64,000 bases of DNA from Camelus dromedarius (GCF_036321535.1 NC_087437.1:15378001-15442000); one strand, 5' to 3'. Counted from the stretch's first letter, positions 38,238 through 54,211 are shown. Made by a program: numbers and translations. Notes: generated by a model not told the origin, from the letters alone.

Positions 38238-41200
38238 AAGAATCATTATTCTAACACAGTCTATAAAATTTATTCAGTTTCCTGTCTGTCTTCCCCCCAT
38301 CCCATTGCTGTTTGAATGCAAGCTCCACAGGGCAGGGATTTATCTGCTTTATTCCCAAGTTCTCCCCAGGACCTTGAATAGTGTCTGGTGCATAGAAGGG
38401 TTTCATGGATATTTGTCGACTGGGCGAGTGCGGCAGAGATGGTCTGAGAGGCTGAAGCATTGTCAGCTGGAAACGGGGTTGGGGGTTGGGGGGCCGCAGA
38501 AGCTCCCGGCCCCCAATCCCTGTCGGGCTGTGAGCACAGTGCTCTGGGTCTGAACCCTCGTGAGTTGTTCTTGGGACTCAAGTATCATAGGGCATGGCTG
38601 GGAACTGTTGTCCTGATAAAAAAAGAGTTCCACTCTGCCCCTTCCCCTGATGCTGGCCTGTTCCCAAAGGGCACCCAGAGCTGGCAAGGCTGGGCTGAGC
38701 GGCTCTCTTGGAGGTGGAGGGAATTTGGTTCTGCCAGCTGTTCCCACGGCTGGGCTGGCCAGGGCCCACGTGGCCTGCAGCGCCTGGGCCTGCCTCACGG
38801 GCCAGTCATCCGGCAGAGCTGGTTCTGGGCTCACACACCCACGGCCACCTGCTCAACTACTCCCTTCCACCTCGACCCAAGCCCTCCAGCTCAACTTCTC
38901 CTTCTCTGACCCCAAGACTCTACCCACAGACTTTGTTTCTTCATCCCCTAGCTCCAGAATGGTGGGGGTGTGGCCAAGGAGAAGGGGGCATGGCAGACCC
39001 TCTGCCAAAACATCTTAAGGGACTACTGTCCAGGAAGTGTTCAGGGCCATCTGTGACTCCAGCAGGGGACAGAAGGAATCTCTGCGTAATTGAAAATATC
39101 AGCTATATCTCCTTACCTGCTCCCTTTCAACCAGCAGGACCACAGACTAGTATCTGCTAACAAGGGTCCCTCCATCTGCAAGCCTCACCTCCTCCTCCTT
39201 CTGGTCCTGGGACAAATTAAAGGAAGCTGTGGAGGGGAGGCTACAGGAGGAAGAGATGTTTAAGCTGGGTTTTGATGGATGACTTTTGAATTAAACAAGT
39301 CAAGAGAGGAGAAAAGAGATGAGACAGGGAAAAGGAATAGCATGTGCAAAGGCCCAGGGGTGAGAGAGACCACAGTGCACTCAGAACCATCCATCTGTTG
39401 TTTGTTTGGCTGGGTGGACATGGGAAGGTGGTGGTATTCTGAGCCAGGCAAGTGGATGGGCTAGTTCTTGTCAAAAATACTCATTTAGTCAGCACCTTAG
39501 TGTGCCCCTGTGCTTGGCTCAGGATGGGGTATAAAATTAAAAGTGATGGGAGGGACATAAAGGTGTTTGGACACAAATTTGCTTTATCCATCACTGTGCC
39601 CTCCATGCCTGCCACAGTGCTGGGAACATGGCAGGCAATCAATAAACATCCATAACATGAATGAATGAATGAATGAATGTGTGGAGAGAAGGCCAGGACA
39701 CTTACAGAGAGATAGGATGAAGTAAAGAGAAGCCAGTTCTCTTGCTGAGGCAGAGAACCCAAGCCTTGGAGAAAAGTCTCTGGGAAAGAGGATTGTTTTC
39801 CTTTATGTTAAATTAGGGAAGATTGCCGTCGTTCTCAGGGCAAACTCGAGCCATGCCTTGTGCTGTTAGTCACTCCACAATTGTGATCTGGGTATTTTTG
39901 CTGATGATGTAACACACTATGAGAATTTCCACGTGCATCGCATTGAGCAGGCACCGGCTGCCGAGGAGAGAGGGGGCAGAGCCTCCTGGAGCTGGAAAAG
40001 AAGGCCAAATTGATGCAAAAAGAGGCAGACCAGTGCAGGGAATTGTCTACGTTGTTGCCCAACCACACCTGGAATGTGCCCCAGGTAGGAGCCTTTGGAC
40101 TCGCAAGAGACATTTATCTGAGGACAGCTTGTGACATTTGGCTGGCTCAGAATCGAAAGCGGACGGACAGGCCCTGCCACCATCAAGTGGCCTGGCTCTC
40201 CAAGGGCACCTGGAGAGCTGACTGGCAGATGCCTGTGTGTCCCCACCCTCACCCCATGGCCTCACCAAACTCTGGCTGGGGGCTAGAGCTTTGCTTGGTG
40301 GGTGAGAGCAGAGGGCAGACAGCCTTGTGCCCCAGGTTGGAGCATAACTGCAGCCTCATTGACCCCACCCCCACCCCGCTCCAGGCCGCATCTAGGACAA
40401 GGATGCACCCGAGTCATAGCATCTCCCAGAGCTTCATTCTTCTGGGGAGAAACGGTACCCCATTAATGCCCAGATGCAGCCTGACCAGGAGATTAATGAA
40501 GCTCGTGTCTCAAGAAGCTCCCTTGAATGAGCCCCTTCCAAGACTCTAGACCTCATTTTGTATTTGCCTTTTGCATTCTTCTCCTTAAAGATGGTCCCCT
40601 CAAATTAGAGAAACTTCAGCTCGCACAAAATTGAGCCCACCCCTGCCAGTGCTCCTCGACTCTGGAAAACCTTGAGCAGACAGTGGGGTGCCTGGGGCCT
40701 CAGGGCTGACGGGCCTTCTTCCCAAACCTCAGGCCGGGGCCGCTGCCTGGCAGCCTGGGGGTCAGATGGTGGGGGGCTCCAGCTCAGAGCGGGCAGCGTC
40801 CTCTCCACAGCCCAGCGGAGGTGTGCGGAGCTGCCGGCTGGCCCGGTGGAAGGAGGCTGTCAGCCCTAGAAAGATCAAAGTGTCCTCTTGAGAAGAAGGA
40901 GCCGACAAGTGTGAATACGCCAGATCAAATAGCGCTTCTAATTATGTCCATGTGGACCACTGGCGGGACACTGGCAGATGACCCTTGGTTGACCGCTGGT
41001 TTAAAATGGATGCTGTGATATAAAATACCCTGAACTGTATACTTTAAAAGGGTGGATTTTATAGTATGTGAATTATGTCTCAATGAAAAAAAAAAAAACA
41101 AGTGCTGAGTGCGTGGGTGCTGTGGGGCATTCCCCCTGGGTTGGACCCCGGCCTGGCGGGCCCACGAAGGCGCTGCTTGGTGCTGGGGCTTCTGGGCCCT

Positions 41201-43519
41201 CGAGCTGTCAGTCACACACAGAGACCACTGTGCTGGGCCCACCTCGTCCTAGCCGGGTCCTCACCGAGCTAGGAGACAAGACGGTGGCAACTGCAAACAA
41301 GGTTTCTGTCCAGCTGGGGCTCCCCGAGCCAGTGGAGGGCCTTTAGCTGTTTCTGGGAGACTGGACCCTAATCTGCTGCCCCCGTCTTGGCACATTCGCC
41401 AAGCCCGCTGAGCCTGACACCTGCTCTGCTTGGGCCAGGAGAAGTTAATGATTAACCCGGAGGTGAGAGGGGAGAGAGCAGAAAGCACTGGAGGCGTGCC
41501 CGCTGGTTGAACTTCCCACCCTCGGGGGGAGGGGAGGAGCAGACAGAGCTGGACTGTCCCTCACAGAGGAACTGGGCCTCCAAGGGCCCAGCAGAGCCAC
41601 CTGAGGGACCCAGGGACCTGCCCCCTCATCACGGGTGACCCCAGGCACACAGGCAAACACGCCCCTCCTCAGGGCCAGCCCAACCACACACGACCTGCCG
41701 CTCACCAGCTCCTGAGCTTCGTTAGGCTGAATTTCAAAGGCCACTGAGAAGACTGCTCAACCCGTGAAGACCCCGCACACCCACTGGTGACTCTGTGGCT
41801 GGAGAGCCCCGTTGTCCTGCAAGGGTCCCAGCTAGAAGGTGTCCGTGCCCTCCCGCCTTTCTCTGGGGCACATGCTCAGGCACACGCTTGCACAGACACA
41901 TGCACAAATACACATGCACGGACATGTGCTGGGCGCACTGGTTTCTTCACCCCCACCCCGCTCTGAGCCAAGGAAATATTACAGTGACTCTTGACAGTGA
42001 CTCCTGCAAGAGGCACAGATGCTTTGAAAGCCCCTGGCCAAGGTGCTGGGGTTGGAATGATGCCCTTGTAAGGCCTTATTGCATGGGTTCGAGCTGCCCT
42101 CCGGGTCTCTTTTAAGGGGCAAGTGGAGGTGAACAGGAACTTCTTTGCTAGACAGCTCTTTGGAACACCATTTTGTCCGGACACCATGTCTCAGCATGGT
42201 GGGCTGGTGTGGCCAAGGGAAGCAGGTGGGAACAGGAACTCTGCTGTTCAGGCCACCTCTGAGGACCGGCCTGCATCCTAGGAGGGCAACCTATCCACAT
42301 GCCACACAGCAAATCCCAGTACGGGGCCTGGTAGGAGGAAGAGAGGCACAATGGTGCCCAGTGGGTGGGAAGTGGGCAGAGAGAGCTGGGATGGAGGCAT
42401 GGCCACAAGATGCATCATGCTGGGCAGGGAATCCTGCATGGAGACCTCCCCATCCTCATCCTGGAGGGCCCGTGGCCATCTGCAATGTGGCCAAAAAGTC
42501 CTTGAATGTTTCAAATTCCCCTACCTGCTTGGCTCAGCTCTTGTGGGCAGACAGGTAGACCAGCTCAGGAAGCCATCCTCTGGGGTCCTATGTGGCTACT
42601 CATCCACATGGCCGCTGTGCCCCGACACCTGCCCTGAGAATACTTCCCTCACGGCCATGGGGGTGGCTGTTCCCATCACGTGCCCACCAGGCATGTGACC
42701 ACCAGGTGGTCAGCCTGGTGGTCAGCCTCTACTGCCAGCCCACATCTGGATGGGGAAACTCGGGGTGCCGAATGGCCCGTGGAGGCAGGGGCTTTGTTTC
42801 TGATACGAGGACACCTGAAATTGGGAAGGGTTTGCTCTTTTGTGCATTGGAATGATTTGTTTTCCTGGGCCTCAGGCAAGTGCCAACACCAGGGAAGGAG
42901 GCGGCACCCAAGATCGTGCCACACACATGAACACCCTCTCCCCGTGTCCCAGCGTGGTCTTGTCTCTCAGATGGTCCAGGACAAGGACTCCCTGTGCTGG
43001 GCAGGGGGAAGGGAGGATAAAGCCACCTTTGGACACCTACTCCTGCTATAGGGTAACCACAGCGTGGGGCCGACAAAGCCAGTTACGACAAAGCTACCTG
43101 GGGAGGCCCCCCATCTGCCGGCCCCTCCCAGACTGAGAGAAAAATGTAAAAGTGGCAAGAAAGCCAACCACATCCTCACTCCAACTCTCCTTAATGCAGC
43201 CTCACAAAATTCCCAGGACTTGTCATGGATCTTGAAGAGATTACACTGTGTACCCTCCTAGCCTTGCAAATAAGGACGGACCTGCTTCACCCACTGGCTT
43301 CCTACAATCAGAAAATGGAAAGCGGCACTCTTCACGCCTCACGTCCGAGAAGTGGCAGTGACCCTGAGCTGGCTGTACACGGATATGCTCTAGCCAGTGT
43401 TTAAGAACCAAAGCGCACAGATCATGGGGTGGGCAAGTGGAGGTCCAGCTCAGTGCCACAAGGGGTCAGGGACTATGACATGGGTGGCCCCCCAAAGTCC
43501 TTACCCGCCCTCTCACCGA

Positions 43520-45276
43520 TGAAAAGACACCACTTTTAATTAAAAAAAAATTTAATTAAAATACTGTTATACCCAATGGAATGCAGCAGCAATCCTGGTA
43601 CAGGGTGGCATAACAAAACAGCCATGTTTACACTTTAAATATTTACCATAACTTAAACATACAGACACACATCATGGTCTTTGGCAGAAAATGTTCACAG
43701 CACAAAAAAATACTTTAAAAGAAATACCAAATATTAATCCAAAATATATTAAGTTGTTTTTTTTTCCTTTCACAATATTTTTTTGCCTTTTTTTCTTTTT
43801 TTTTCTTTTTGCTTTGTAAACAATGCACAAGAACCAAATGCATTTTTCAGCTTTAAAGAGGGGTTGGGGGGTGGATTTAAAAAAATATGCAATTGTCCAG
43901 CAAATGCAAATGTTTAAAAAGGAAACTTGAGGAACCACGGGAATAAAATAACATACAAAACCTAAAAACAGTAAAGGAAAAAAACAAAGATTCATGGAGA
44001 ACTAAAAACAGTCAAGACAAACGACTAAAACCCACTAATCGCTCCTGGGGCTGAGTTGGGGGACTCTTTAAGACCAGAAGTCAAGGTCACGGCCATGGGC
44101 AGGCTGCCATTGGATGCTTCACTCCCTTGGCCAAGCGCTGGCCCTGCTCTGGGACACTGGACGCAGGCAGCTAGAGGAGCCAGCCTCATGGCACCATGCT
44201 GCAACGGGGGCTCCCCTCAGAGGACCCTCTGAGCTACATCTCACATCTCACATCTCACAGGACTAGTTCTCACCAGCACAGCTCCCTCTCCCAGTCCCTT
44301 CAGGTGGGAACAAAGGCTCTGACAAAAACAAGGCCATCTCTCCAGTCTCCTTCAGGAGAGCCGGTGCTGGGAAGCCCACTGTGGCAATGCCTGTGTGGTG
44401 ACTTACATCATCTGGCTCAGGGTTCGTAACCAAACCGACAGGATGTCCCAGGGACAGGAGCTGTGGAGCCATTTCAAGAGGCTGGTGATGGGGGTGGGTC
44501 CCATGGGCATATAAAACAGGGCTCAGGATGGACAAGAGGACAGCTAATATCCCGTGGACCCATCAGTATCAACAGCCACGGGCCAAGGACTTGGGAAGGG
44601 GAGGTAACTGGGAGGCTGGTCAGAAGTCACGGGAACCGGGCCACACCTGCAGCAGCCCGCTTCAATCTTCTCTTCCACAAGAAAGGGGATTATGTACAAA
44701 CTGCACAGCGCCTCCCAAGCCTCTCCAGTGAGCAGCTGAGGCGGTGGCTTCTGCGGGACTAACACCCTCAACAGTCCCCATGAGATATGTCTTAATGATC
44801 CCAAGAAGGCAGTGAGGAGCTGAGGAGCAGATGAGGTGGGAGGGACCACAATTCAGCCAGGCTAAACCAGCGCACCTGGTGTCCGCGGCAGCTGTCCTTG
44901 GAAATCAGCCCCCCTCAAATCGACAAATCCCCTCCCTCCCGGCCTGAGTGCCCACTAGGGGTGCCGAGGGGGCTCCCTTCTGAGCTTTCAGTTACTACCC
45001 CGGCAGCAAGCCTTGGGCAGCAGGTGAAGCTTATGGTACATGGGCCCAGGAAGAGTGTGGGGCTGGCAAGCAGGGTCTCCTGGGGTGCAGGTGCTCACAG
45101 CTCCCCTCTCCCCTGCAGCATCCTTCTTCAGCTCCGGGGACCAGATGGTCCATGGGAACAAGTGCCCGGTTGGGGAAAGTGGGGAAGCAGCAGCTGGAGG
45201 GGCTGCTGGAATGGCCGCGTGGCAGAGGGCAGAGGAGAGTGGGGAATGGTTCCGAGTCCCCGAGGCACCCCCTCCT
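43520..45276 (-). other. AMOTL2: AMOTL2 3' UTR
   Basis: Follows the stop codon; AU-rich distal part ending in ATTAAA hexamers. Confidence 0.8.
43535..43556 (-). terminator. Polyadenylation signals (two ATTAAA)
   Basis: ATTAAA on the minus strand at 43551-43556 and 43535-43540, followed by GTGGTGTCTTTT. Confidence 0.7.
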
Positions 45277-45335
45277 TCAGATCAGTATCTCCACCATGTC
45301 CGACAGGTCCTGGACTCTGGATGTAGCAACAGAAT
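45277..45335 (-). CDS. AMOTL2: AMOTL2 exon 10, coding part
   Basis: CTCCAG|AT...; DSVATSRVQDLSDMVEILI-TGA with C-terminal PDZ-binding motif EILI. Confidence 0.95.
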
Positions 45336-46007
45336 CTGGAGAGAGACATGAACACAGGCACAGGTCAACGGGCGTTGTCAGACTGCTCTTGTCAATCCTG
45401 CCACATTTTAGAGATAGGATCTATCTTCACCATCTTGCCTCGCCTCAGCTGCCCGGGTCCCCAGATCCCCAGAACTTGGCCAAACAAGCACAGAGCTCTG
45501 CTCCCTCTCAGACCTCCAGCCTCCCAAGTGGAAGATGCATTTGTTTATAACTTGGAACTGGTTGGAGGGCTTGGGGGAGGGTGGAGACCCCCAGGGAGGG
45601 AGGCTGCCGCATTCTTTCCGTGACTGTGGTTTTCTGAGATGCTGAGGCACAGGCAAATATGCAAAGGCTAATGTGAAAGGGAGCAAACACATTAAATGGC
45701 ATCTTCTCCAATTTCTCCTTCCTGGACTCTCTTTAGACAAAGTCTTCTAACTTGAGAGCGCCACTGGGGTAAATCGCCAAGCTCCATGATCTTAGCTATT
45801 TGGACTGGCAACTAAAGAGGTAAGGAAGACTTGATAAAGTGCCTCCCAGCTGGATCGGTCTGTAATCAGGGTTGTCCGTTCCTCTATTCATGTATCCAAC
45901 CAGGTCTCCCGTTCCTAGGGAGGTGGGCCTCACACCCTGCTCGCTGGGAGTGTGGCCAATGAGGGGGCAGGGTCTGGGGGTCCAATTCACACCCCAGCCT
46001 GCCCTCA

Positions 46008-46292
<285 letters not shown>

Positions 46293-46752
46293 CTACTAGG
46301 GGTACAGATGGCTTTTGATTTGCAAGAACTTCAATTACGACTAAATGCTCCTGTTTCCAAATGGGGGTAAATACCAGATTGGATTGGGTTCCAAAAGCTT
46401 CAAGTGGAAGAAGCCTTCTTAAAGGGTTGTAGATTAAATCTTAAAACCAGTAGGGACCCTTGAGTTTCTGTGGCATCTGCTTAGGAGGAGTGGAAGGGCT
46501 GGCCCCAAAGGTGCATCTGCACAAGGTGCTCTGTTTTTATTTAGGGTAAGTGGTCGGAGCCAGGCCGGTGGAACCTGGTGGAATTTATGGAGATGGAGAT
46601 GGGGGCTACAGCATGCCTCTTCACATTGCGGGAAGCTGCGGGCTGCAGTGTCACTGGAGCCAGAGGATAAGCCGGCTCCCCTGGGTGAGGGGTTGGGAAG
46701 CCCTGGCTCCTCTAAGCCTCAGTTCTGGGAGGAAAGGCCTGAGAACAACCTA

Positions 46753-47034
<282 letters not shown>

Positions 47035-47672
47035 TCAGACCCACAGATCTGGTGGCCTCCACCCTTCCCACCTTGTAAAAGTTGAAGGGAAAGCCCTCTT
47101 TACTGCCAGTCTGGACCCTCTTATCCTTGCAGCAGGGGCCAGGAGGGGACCTTCAGAAATGCCATCCCAGCTCTGGAATTTGATGCTCTGAAAACTACCA
47201 GTGCATGAGGTGCTGGGCCTTTCTTATACCAGCAAAGGCAGGCTGGTCATCAAGGGGATGGGTTCTGGGTACACCTGATGACATCAATGGCACCATCCCG
47301 GTCCTGGAGGGCAACCCCCCAGGGATCGGTCCATGTCCTTGAGCTTCTGAGTTAGGCATGGGTCAAATGGAAATCTTATGGGGCCTATGAGATTGTTTCT
47401 TGGAGATAAAATACTAGCTACTCTCAGACCAAGGGCCTAGTCCACATTCCTTCTAGGGTGGTACACAGTGGGACCCTTCCCGCTGATTTACACAGGGGAG
47501 GTGGAGCGGGTAGAGGCCCAGAGCCTTGGATGGCATCCGACAGTGGGGTCTCCTCGGGCAGCCCATGCACTCGGTTGTAACATATGTACAGTGCCAGCTG
47601 TGTCAAATGCACTGGGGCTCAGCTCAGAAGCAGGAGGGTCTGCTGGGCTGGTGGGGCAAGGGACGTTTATCA

Positions 47673-48119
<447 letters not shown>

Positions 48120-48234
48120 TTACCTCCACGGCACACTTTCCCCACACCCTGTTCCACCCAGAGACACAGGGGGAGCCATGGGTCCCCACACCCTTGCCCT
48201 GAATCCTCTGGAAAGATCAGGTTTGCCTTTGCAT

Positions 48235-48349
48235 AGGTGACCACGTGAGTTATCCTTCAAGTTGGGAAAGGGTGCTCTTAATAATGACTCTGGGACAACA
48301 GGTATAAATCAGGACAGAACTGGGCAACCCAGGAGGTCTGGTCACCTTA
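48235..48349. mobile_element. Short hAT-Blackjack-type MITE (MER81/MER94-like)
   Basis: Terminal inverted repeats GGTGACCA and TGGTCACC around GGGACAACAGGTATAAATCAGGAC. Confidence 0.55.
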
Positions 48350-48439
48350 CTGCTGTGGGAAGGGTACGGTTGAGAGTGGAGACAGAACTCTCTCTAGCTG
48401 ATAAACATGAGAGCTATTTAAATAGAAGCCCAAGTCTTA

Positions 48440-48979
<540 letters not shown>

Positions 48980-49819
48980 CTATGTGGCGGGCTCTGTGCT
49001 GACCGCTGCATGGGCATGACCGCATCTGATCCTCTCAACAACCTAGGAGTTAGGTCCCATTCGTAAGCCCATTGTAACTAAACAGCCAGGAAACTGAGCC
49101 CCCGGTTATGTGGTGAAGTCACGAGTAAAAGGCAGCACCAGACCAGGGCCCTTGCAGCAATGACTGGGTTACACTGCTCACCTGCTGGGACACGGCTTTC
49201 CCAGGAGAGAGCCCCAAACACTGTCCACTTGCGCCAGGCGTCACCGTTTCCCAAACACATTCACAACTTCCTTCGAGGCTCATGGTGACACTAGACACTC
49301 AGAAGGAGCAGGCTGCTTGGCTGCAGTGTGAGGCCCTCACACTCAGAGGCCTCCCACAGTGGGCATCAGGGCTCATTCTGTGGACCTAGGGCCCCCCCGT
49401 TTAGCACCACATTCCCTCCATGGTCTGGAGAGACGACTGAGATGTGGGCAACCAGGCTCATAAAGAAATGCAAACCTTCCAGCTCAATGAAAATGACTCT
49501 GGTCCAAAGATTTGTGTCTGAGGTCCCACCTATCCAGACTTCTAAATCATCTTGTTAACTGCCCAGAAGAATTCTGTTCTGAGACCCTCTTCAGAAAGCC
49601 GGGCCGAGCAAGGACTGAGTCAGACCACTGAGTCCTCCAGCTGATGCTCTAGACTTTAATCCACCTCCCATGCACCTGCCCTTGGGAGTCTCAGGATAGC
49701 CCCCCGCCCCAGCTCCCAGGCCCGAGTGTGTCTGCAGCTGGCCTCGCCACAGGGGGTTGGGCTCTGGGGCCTGCCTCATGGACTCAAAGAGCAGCACTAT
49801 CATAGCACAGTGGACTTCT

Positions 49820-50025
49820 CTGCTATAATGGATTTGTTCCACACTGTGCCAACCAAAGCAGGAGCCACTAAGCAAGTGTGGCTACTGAGCACTTGAAATG
49901 TGGCTAGTGCAAGGGAGGAGTCGACTTTTTCATTTTATTGAATTTTAATTAATTTGAATCTTTGGGCCACGTGTAGTTAAGTACCTATCATATATTATAT
50001 ATCATATCATATCAGTACAGGTTCT
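49820..50025. mobile_element. MER3/MER33-type hAT element
   Basis: GTGGCTACTGAGCACTTGAAATGTGGCTAGTG core. Confidence 0.65.
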
Positions 50026-50959
50026 AAAACAGAAGAGTGAAGGCTTGGGACCTGGCAGGCAGAAGGGCCCTGGGGCAGAGAGGGAGGACACAGGCGACCC
50101 CAGGCAGCTCTAGCTCACTCTGGATTTTTGAAGGCTGGGCCCAAGCTGGCCTCATTCTTTGATGTGAAGGGGAAAGATGACGAAACTCAATAATACTGAA
50201 ATTGAGCCTTTCATACTAGGCTGGCTTGACACCTGAGGGGGGTGGAGGGGACAGACAGGGAGTGTAGTTGGGAACTTTGGACCTAGGGATAATGACTCCA
50301 TCCTGGTGGCTTCACAGAGCCCGACACCTTACAGAGTTTGCAGAAGGCCTGCATTTCATCTTAGTCTTATGACCGCCCCATCTTATAGCCTCAGAACCCG
50401 AGGTTCAGGTGAGAAGAAACTGCCCAAGGGGGACAGGGCTTAGGAGAACCAGGCCTCAGGACTCAAAGGAGGGCAGGTCCTGACCAGAGCTGGGGGTCCA
50501 CATGGCCTGCCCAGCAGGAAAAGCAGATGGCACTGGTGATAGTGCACATTTCCCTATTAGTGTTGACTGACTCCACAAAAACGCTGCGGTCAACCAGAGA
50601 CATTTTCCCTGAGAATTCTGTCTTCCCCATGGCTTTTAAGGAGAGAGGAAGAGCTGCTCGGATTTTCTCAGCCCGTGGGGAAGAGCCCCGAGGACTCAGG
50701 CTTTGGCTTCCAGCAGCTTCTAAGGCCCCAGCAAGGGCTGGGAGGCCTGAGACCTAGGCCATCTCCAGACACCGGGATAAAATCTTGGGCCTGTCTGGTG
50801 GGGAGGGGAGCTCCCAGGCAGGGGGTGGGGGAGGAGCCTGGAAATATGTAGGGGGGCCCAGGGCTGGCAGGAAGGCAGGGAGAGCTGTGCAGGGAGCAGG
50901 GGGCTGGGCCTTTCTCTTGAGAAAGCAAGGCCCCACCAGCACTTCCCAGTCCCTTTGTC

Positions 50960-51200
50960 CCAGTGTCCCTCCCGCAGCGCGGGCGGGGCGGGGCGGGGCG
51001 GTGCGGGCAAAGCGGAACAGCCCCAGGCTCAGGAATGCCCGGCATCCAGGTCACCCGCAGCTTTGAGATTAATGGTTCCAGCCCCGAGCCAAGAACCGCC
51101 TGCTCGCTCGCTCCCTGGGGAGCGGAAACGCCTCCGGGCCGGCCTCCCCCCGCACCTCGCAGCCCTCCCTTGCCTGCTCCCAGAAACCCGCCCGTGACTT
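50960..51200. promoter_or_regulatory. Intronic CpG-rich element in AMOTL2 intron 5
   Basis: Four overlapping GGGCG units at 50981-51000, GGAATG at 51032-51037, local CpG enrichment. Confidence 0.55.
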
Positions 51201-52636
51201 CCTTTCTGTGGCAGAGCCTGGCCCTCAAAGTTGGCCCTCTCCTCCAGGAAGACCCCATTCTGCCTCCTTCCAGCAGCCTGTCCTCTCTGGACCCCCAAGG
51301 GCAACACCAAGGTCTGCCCCCGCCCCCCTCTCCTGTACCCACGTTCCTCCTAGAGACCCTAAGTCTTGCCTCCAGTCAGTACAGCCTGGCTTACCTCCTG
51401 CCCACCCCTCACCCTCTTCAGTGCTGCCCCCTGCCCCGCCCCCAACACCATTCTCCGCCCTGGTTGACCCTGTCTAGGGCTCTGAGTCCTCCTTGAGAAA
51501 GGAGGTGCTGCCAGCCAGAGCTCAGTCCTCAAGCTGCCCCTCCCCTCCTGGATACCCCCTGCTATCCAGCCACTGTCAGAAGCCACTCTCCTTCCTCAGA
51601 GCCACCCTCACCAGACACCACTCCACTTCTTTGCAAACACCCCAGACAGTCACTATAGCTCATAGTAAGAGCATACAGGAGGAACTTAATAAACCGTCTC
51701 TTCCGATAGCTGGTGCTTCTTCCTGCCGCTGAGCCTGTGGCTTCCCAAACTGCCCGCACCTCCACTTGAGTCATCCCACTGCTTCTTCACCTGTTACCCG
51801 CTCCCCACCACCCTGCCATCCATAGAGCCCCTCTCTCAGGCTGCTGGGGACATCGCTGGGAACCTTTCCTCATCACTCCAGGGCCAGGCCACCCTTGTCC
51901 CCAGGAACCCGTGATGGGAAGATCCTGCTCCCTCCTCAAGCTCAGCCCCTCTCTTGACCTCTCTGCCCTGGTACCTCCCTGGGCTGCTCTGTTCCACACC
52001 TGCCAGGGGCTCAGCTCAGTTCCACTGGTGAACAAATGACTGACTGAATGAGTCAACAGTGAACTCATCTGCTCTTCCAGAAGCCTTCGACCACCCCCTT
52101 AGGGGATCCTCCTGAATTCCTTCAGGCTGTCCTGTTGGTTAAGCTCCAGGAGCCCATTTTGAGCTGGTGCCTCCCCTTGGCTGCCCTGTTATGGCCCAGG
52201 CTCACCATGCTCCCCAGCTTCCCACATTCCCCTCTGGCAGCCCTCACCTTTCTATAGCCTGGAACTAACTCCCTCAGAGACTCAGACTCTTCCTTGTCTC
52301 TCATCCCATCTATCTCTAGGGCTATCTGGCCGCGCCCATGGCCCCCTGCACTTCTGCTTCTAATGGTGCACTAACGGTCAGCTCAGCAAATCACTGCTCC
52401 CCAGCTGTCCCTCTGTATCCACCCATCTCCCCAACACACAGAGAACCAGATCTTGTTCCTCTTTGGAAGCCGCCCCTCCCCCCCAGGCCAGTCCAGCACT
52501 GGGTGCCCAGTAGGCAGTCAGTCAACTCAAGCTCCAAGCACTGACAGAGGGGGCCGACCCTCCGATCCTCCCTGTCCAGAGGGGCTGTCCTGGTCCCGGC
52601 CACACCCCTGGCCAGGTTCCTGAGTGGGACCCCCTA

Positions 52637-52759
<123 letters not shown>

Positions 52760-53045
52760 TCAAGGAAAAATGTTTGAGGACAGGTGAAGCTGCCTGCCCA
52801 GGCTGGGGTCCCCTGGGGTCCTATCTGTCAGGCTGCATCCTCCAAGCTGGGGTTGGGCTCACAGGGAAGCCCCAGGTCTCATAGGGGTCTCATGAGGAGG
52901 CAGCACCCCGGGCCATGTGGCTGAGCGCCCCATGAGGGACCCCAAGGTCTAGACTACAGAGACAAGCATCTCTCTGTCAAGGCAGCCCCTTTTGAGTTGA
53001 TTTGTACTATTTTTGCAGAGGACAGAGATTCTGAATTACTCCCTA

Positions 53046-53348
<303 letters not shown>

Positions 53349-54211
53349 TTAGAAAGAGAGAGAGGGGAGAGGATAAAAAGCCATAGCAAAAAATCCAGCT
53401 AGCTCAAGCAGGACGGTCAGCAGGCTGTAGCTCCTGGAGGTGGCCCAGACTGCTGGAATAGGCAAGCCAGGGTCCCTTCAAAGTGAGCTCAAGGCCAGGT
53501 TCTCTGGAAGTGGCTGCCTCCAGGGTGACTAAGCACAGCTTTCCTGTGCCCAACATCCAGAGAGATGTATTTCTTTTTGTCCAGCTTCTATTGAGAAATC
53601 TGAGCCCAGCGGGCCAGGAGTGGGCACTCAGACTCCAAGCAGGGTCTGGGGGCGGTTGACCTATCCTGTACACCATAAGACGGCCATGGGAGGCCTAAGG
53701 CCACCTGCTAAGGCTGGTAAAACTTCACTGCAGAAGGGAGGACCAGACCCCATCCTGAGCCACCTCTGCCTGGAGTATCTGCTTCTCGGGCCATCGCTGT
53801 CCACCCCGGAGGGCCAGCCTGCCCCGCCTGCCCCTCCCACTTGGCGGCTGGCAGGCCCTGCACGTGCTCCTAGCTGGCCTGCGATTCCAATAAGTCGCTA
53901 GTTTTTCCCAAGAGGAGAGGCCTTCTCTTTGGCCAAGGCTGGCCTGGAACAGACTTGCTGTTGTATGGGGGACACAAAGGGCTCTCTGTGGGAGGTGGCC
54001 CTGGGAGGGGGTGTGTGGAGGGGAAGGGTGCGAGTGTGAGGGAGCTGGTGAATGGGCTCTTTCTCATCGCCCCTGGGCAGCAACTGCTCGTGCTCCAGGC
54101 CCGCTCTGCCGGCTGCTCCCCAGCTGTCTGGAGTCAGCCAGGGCGGGTGCATGAGGGACAGGGGTGGGGGCCCTAGGGACGGGGTCAGAAGCCCAGCCAG
54201 ACAAGCTTTCA

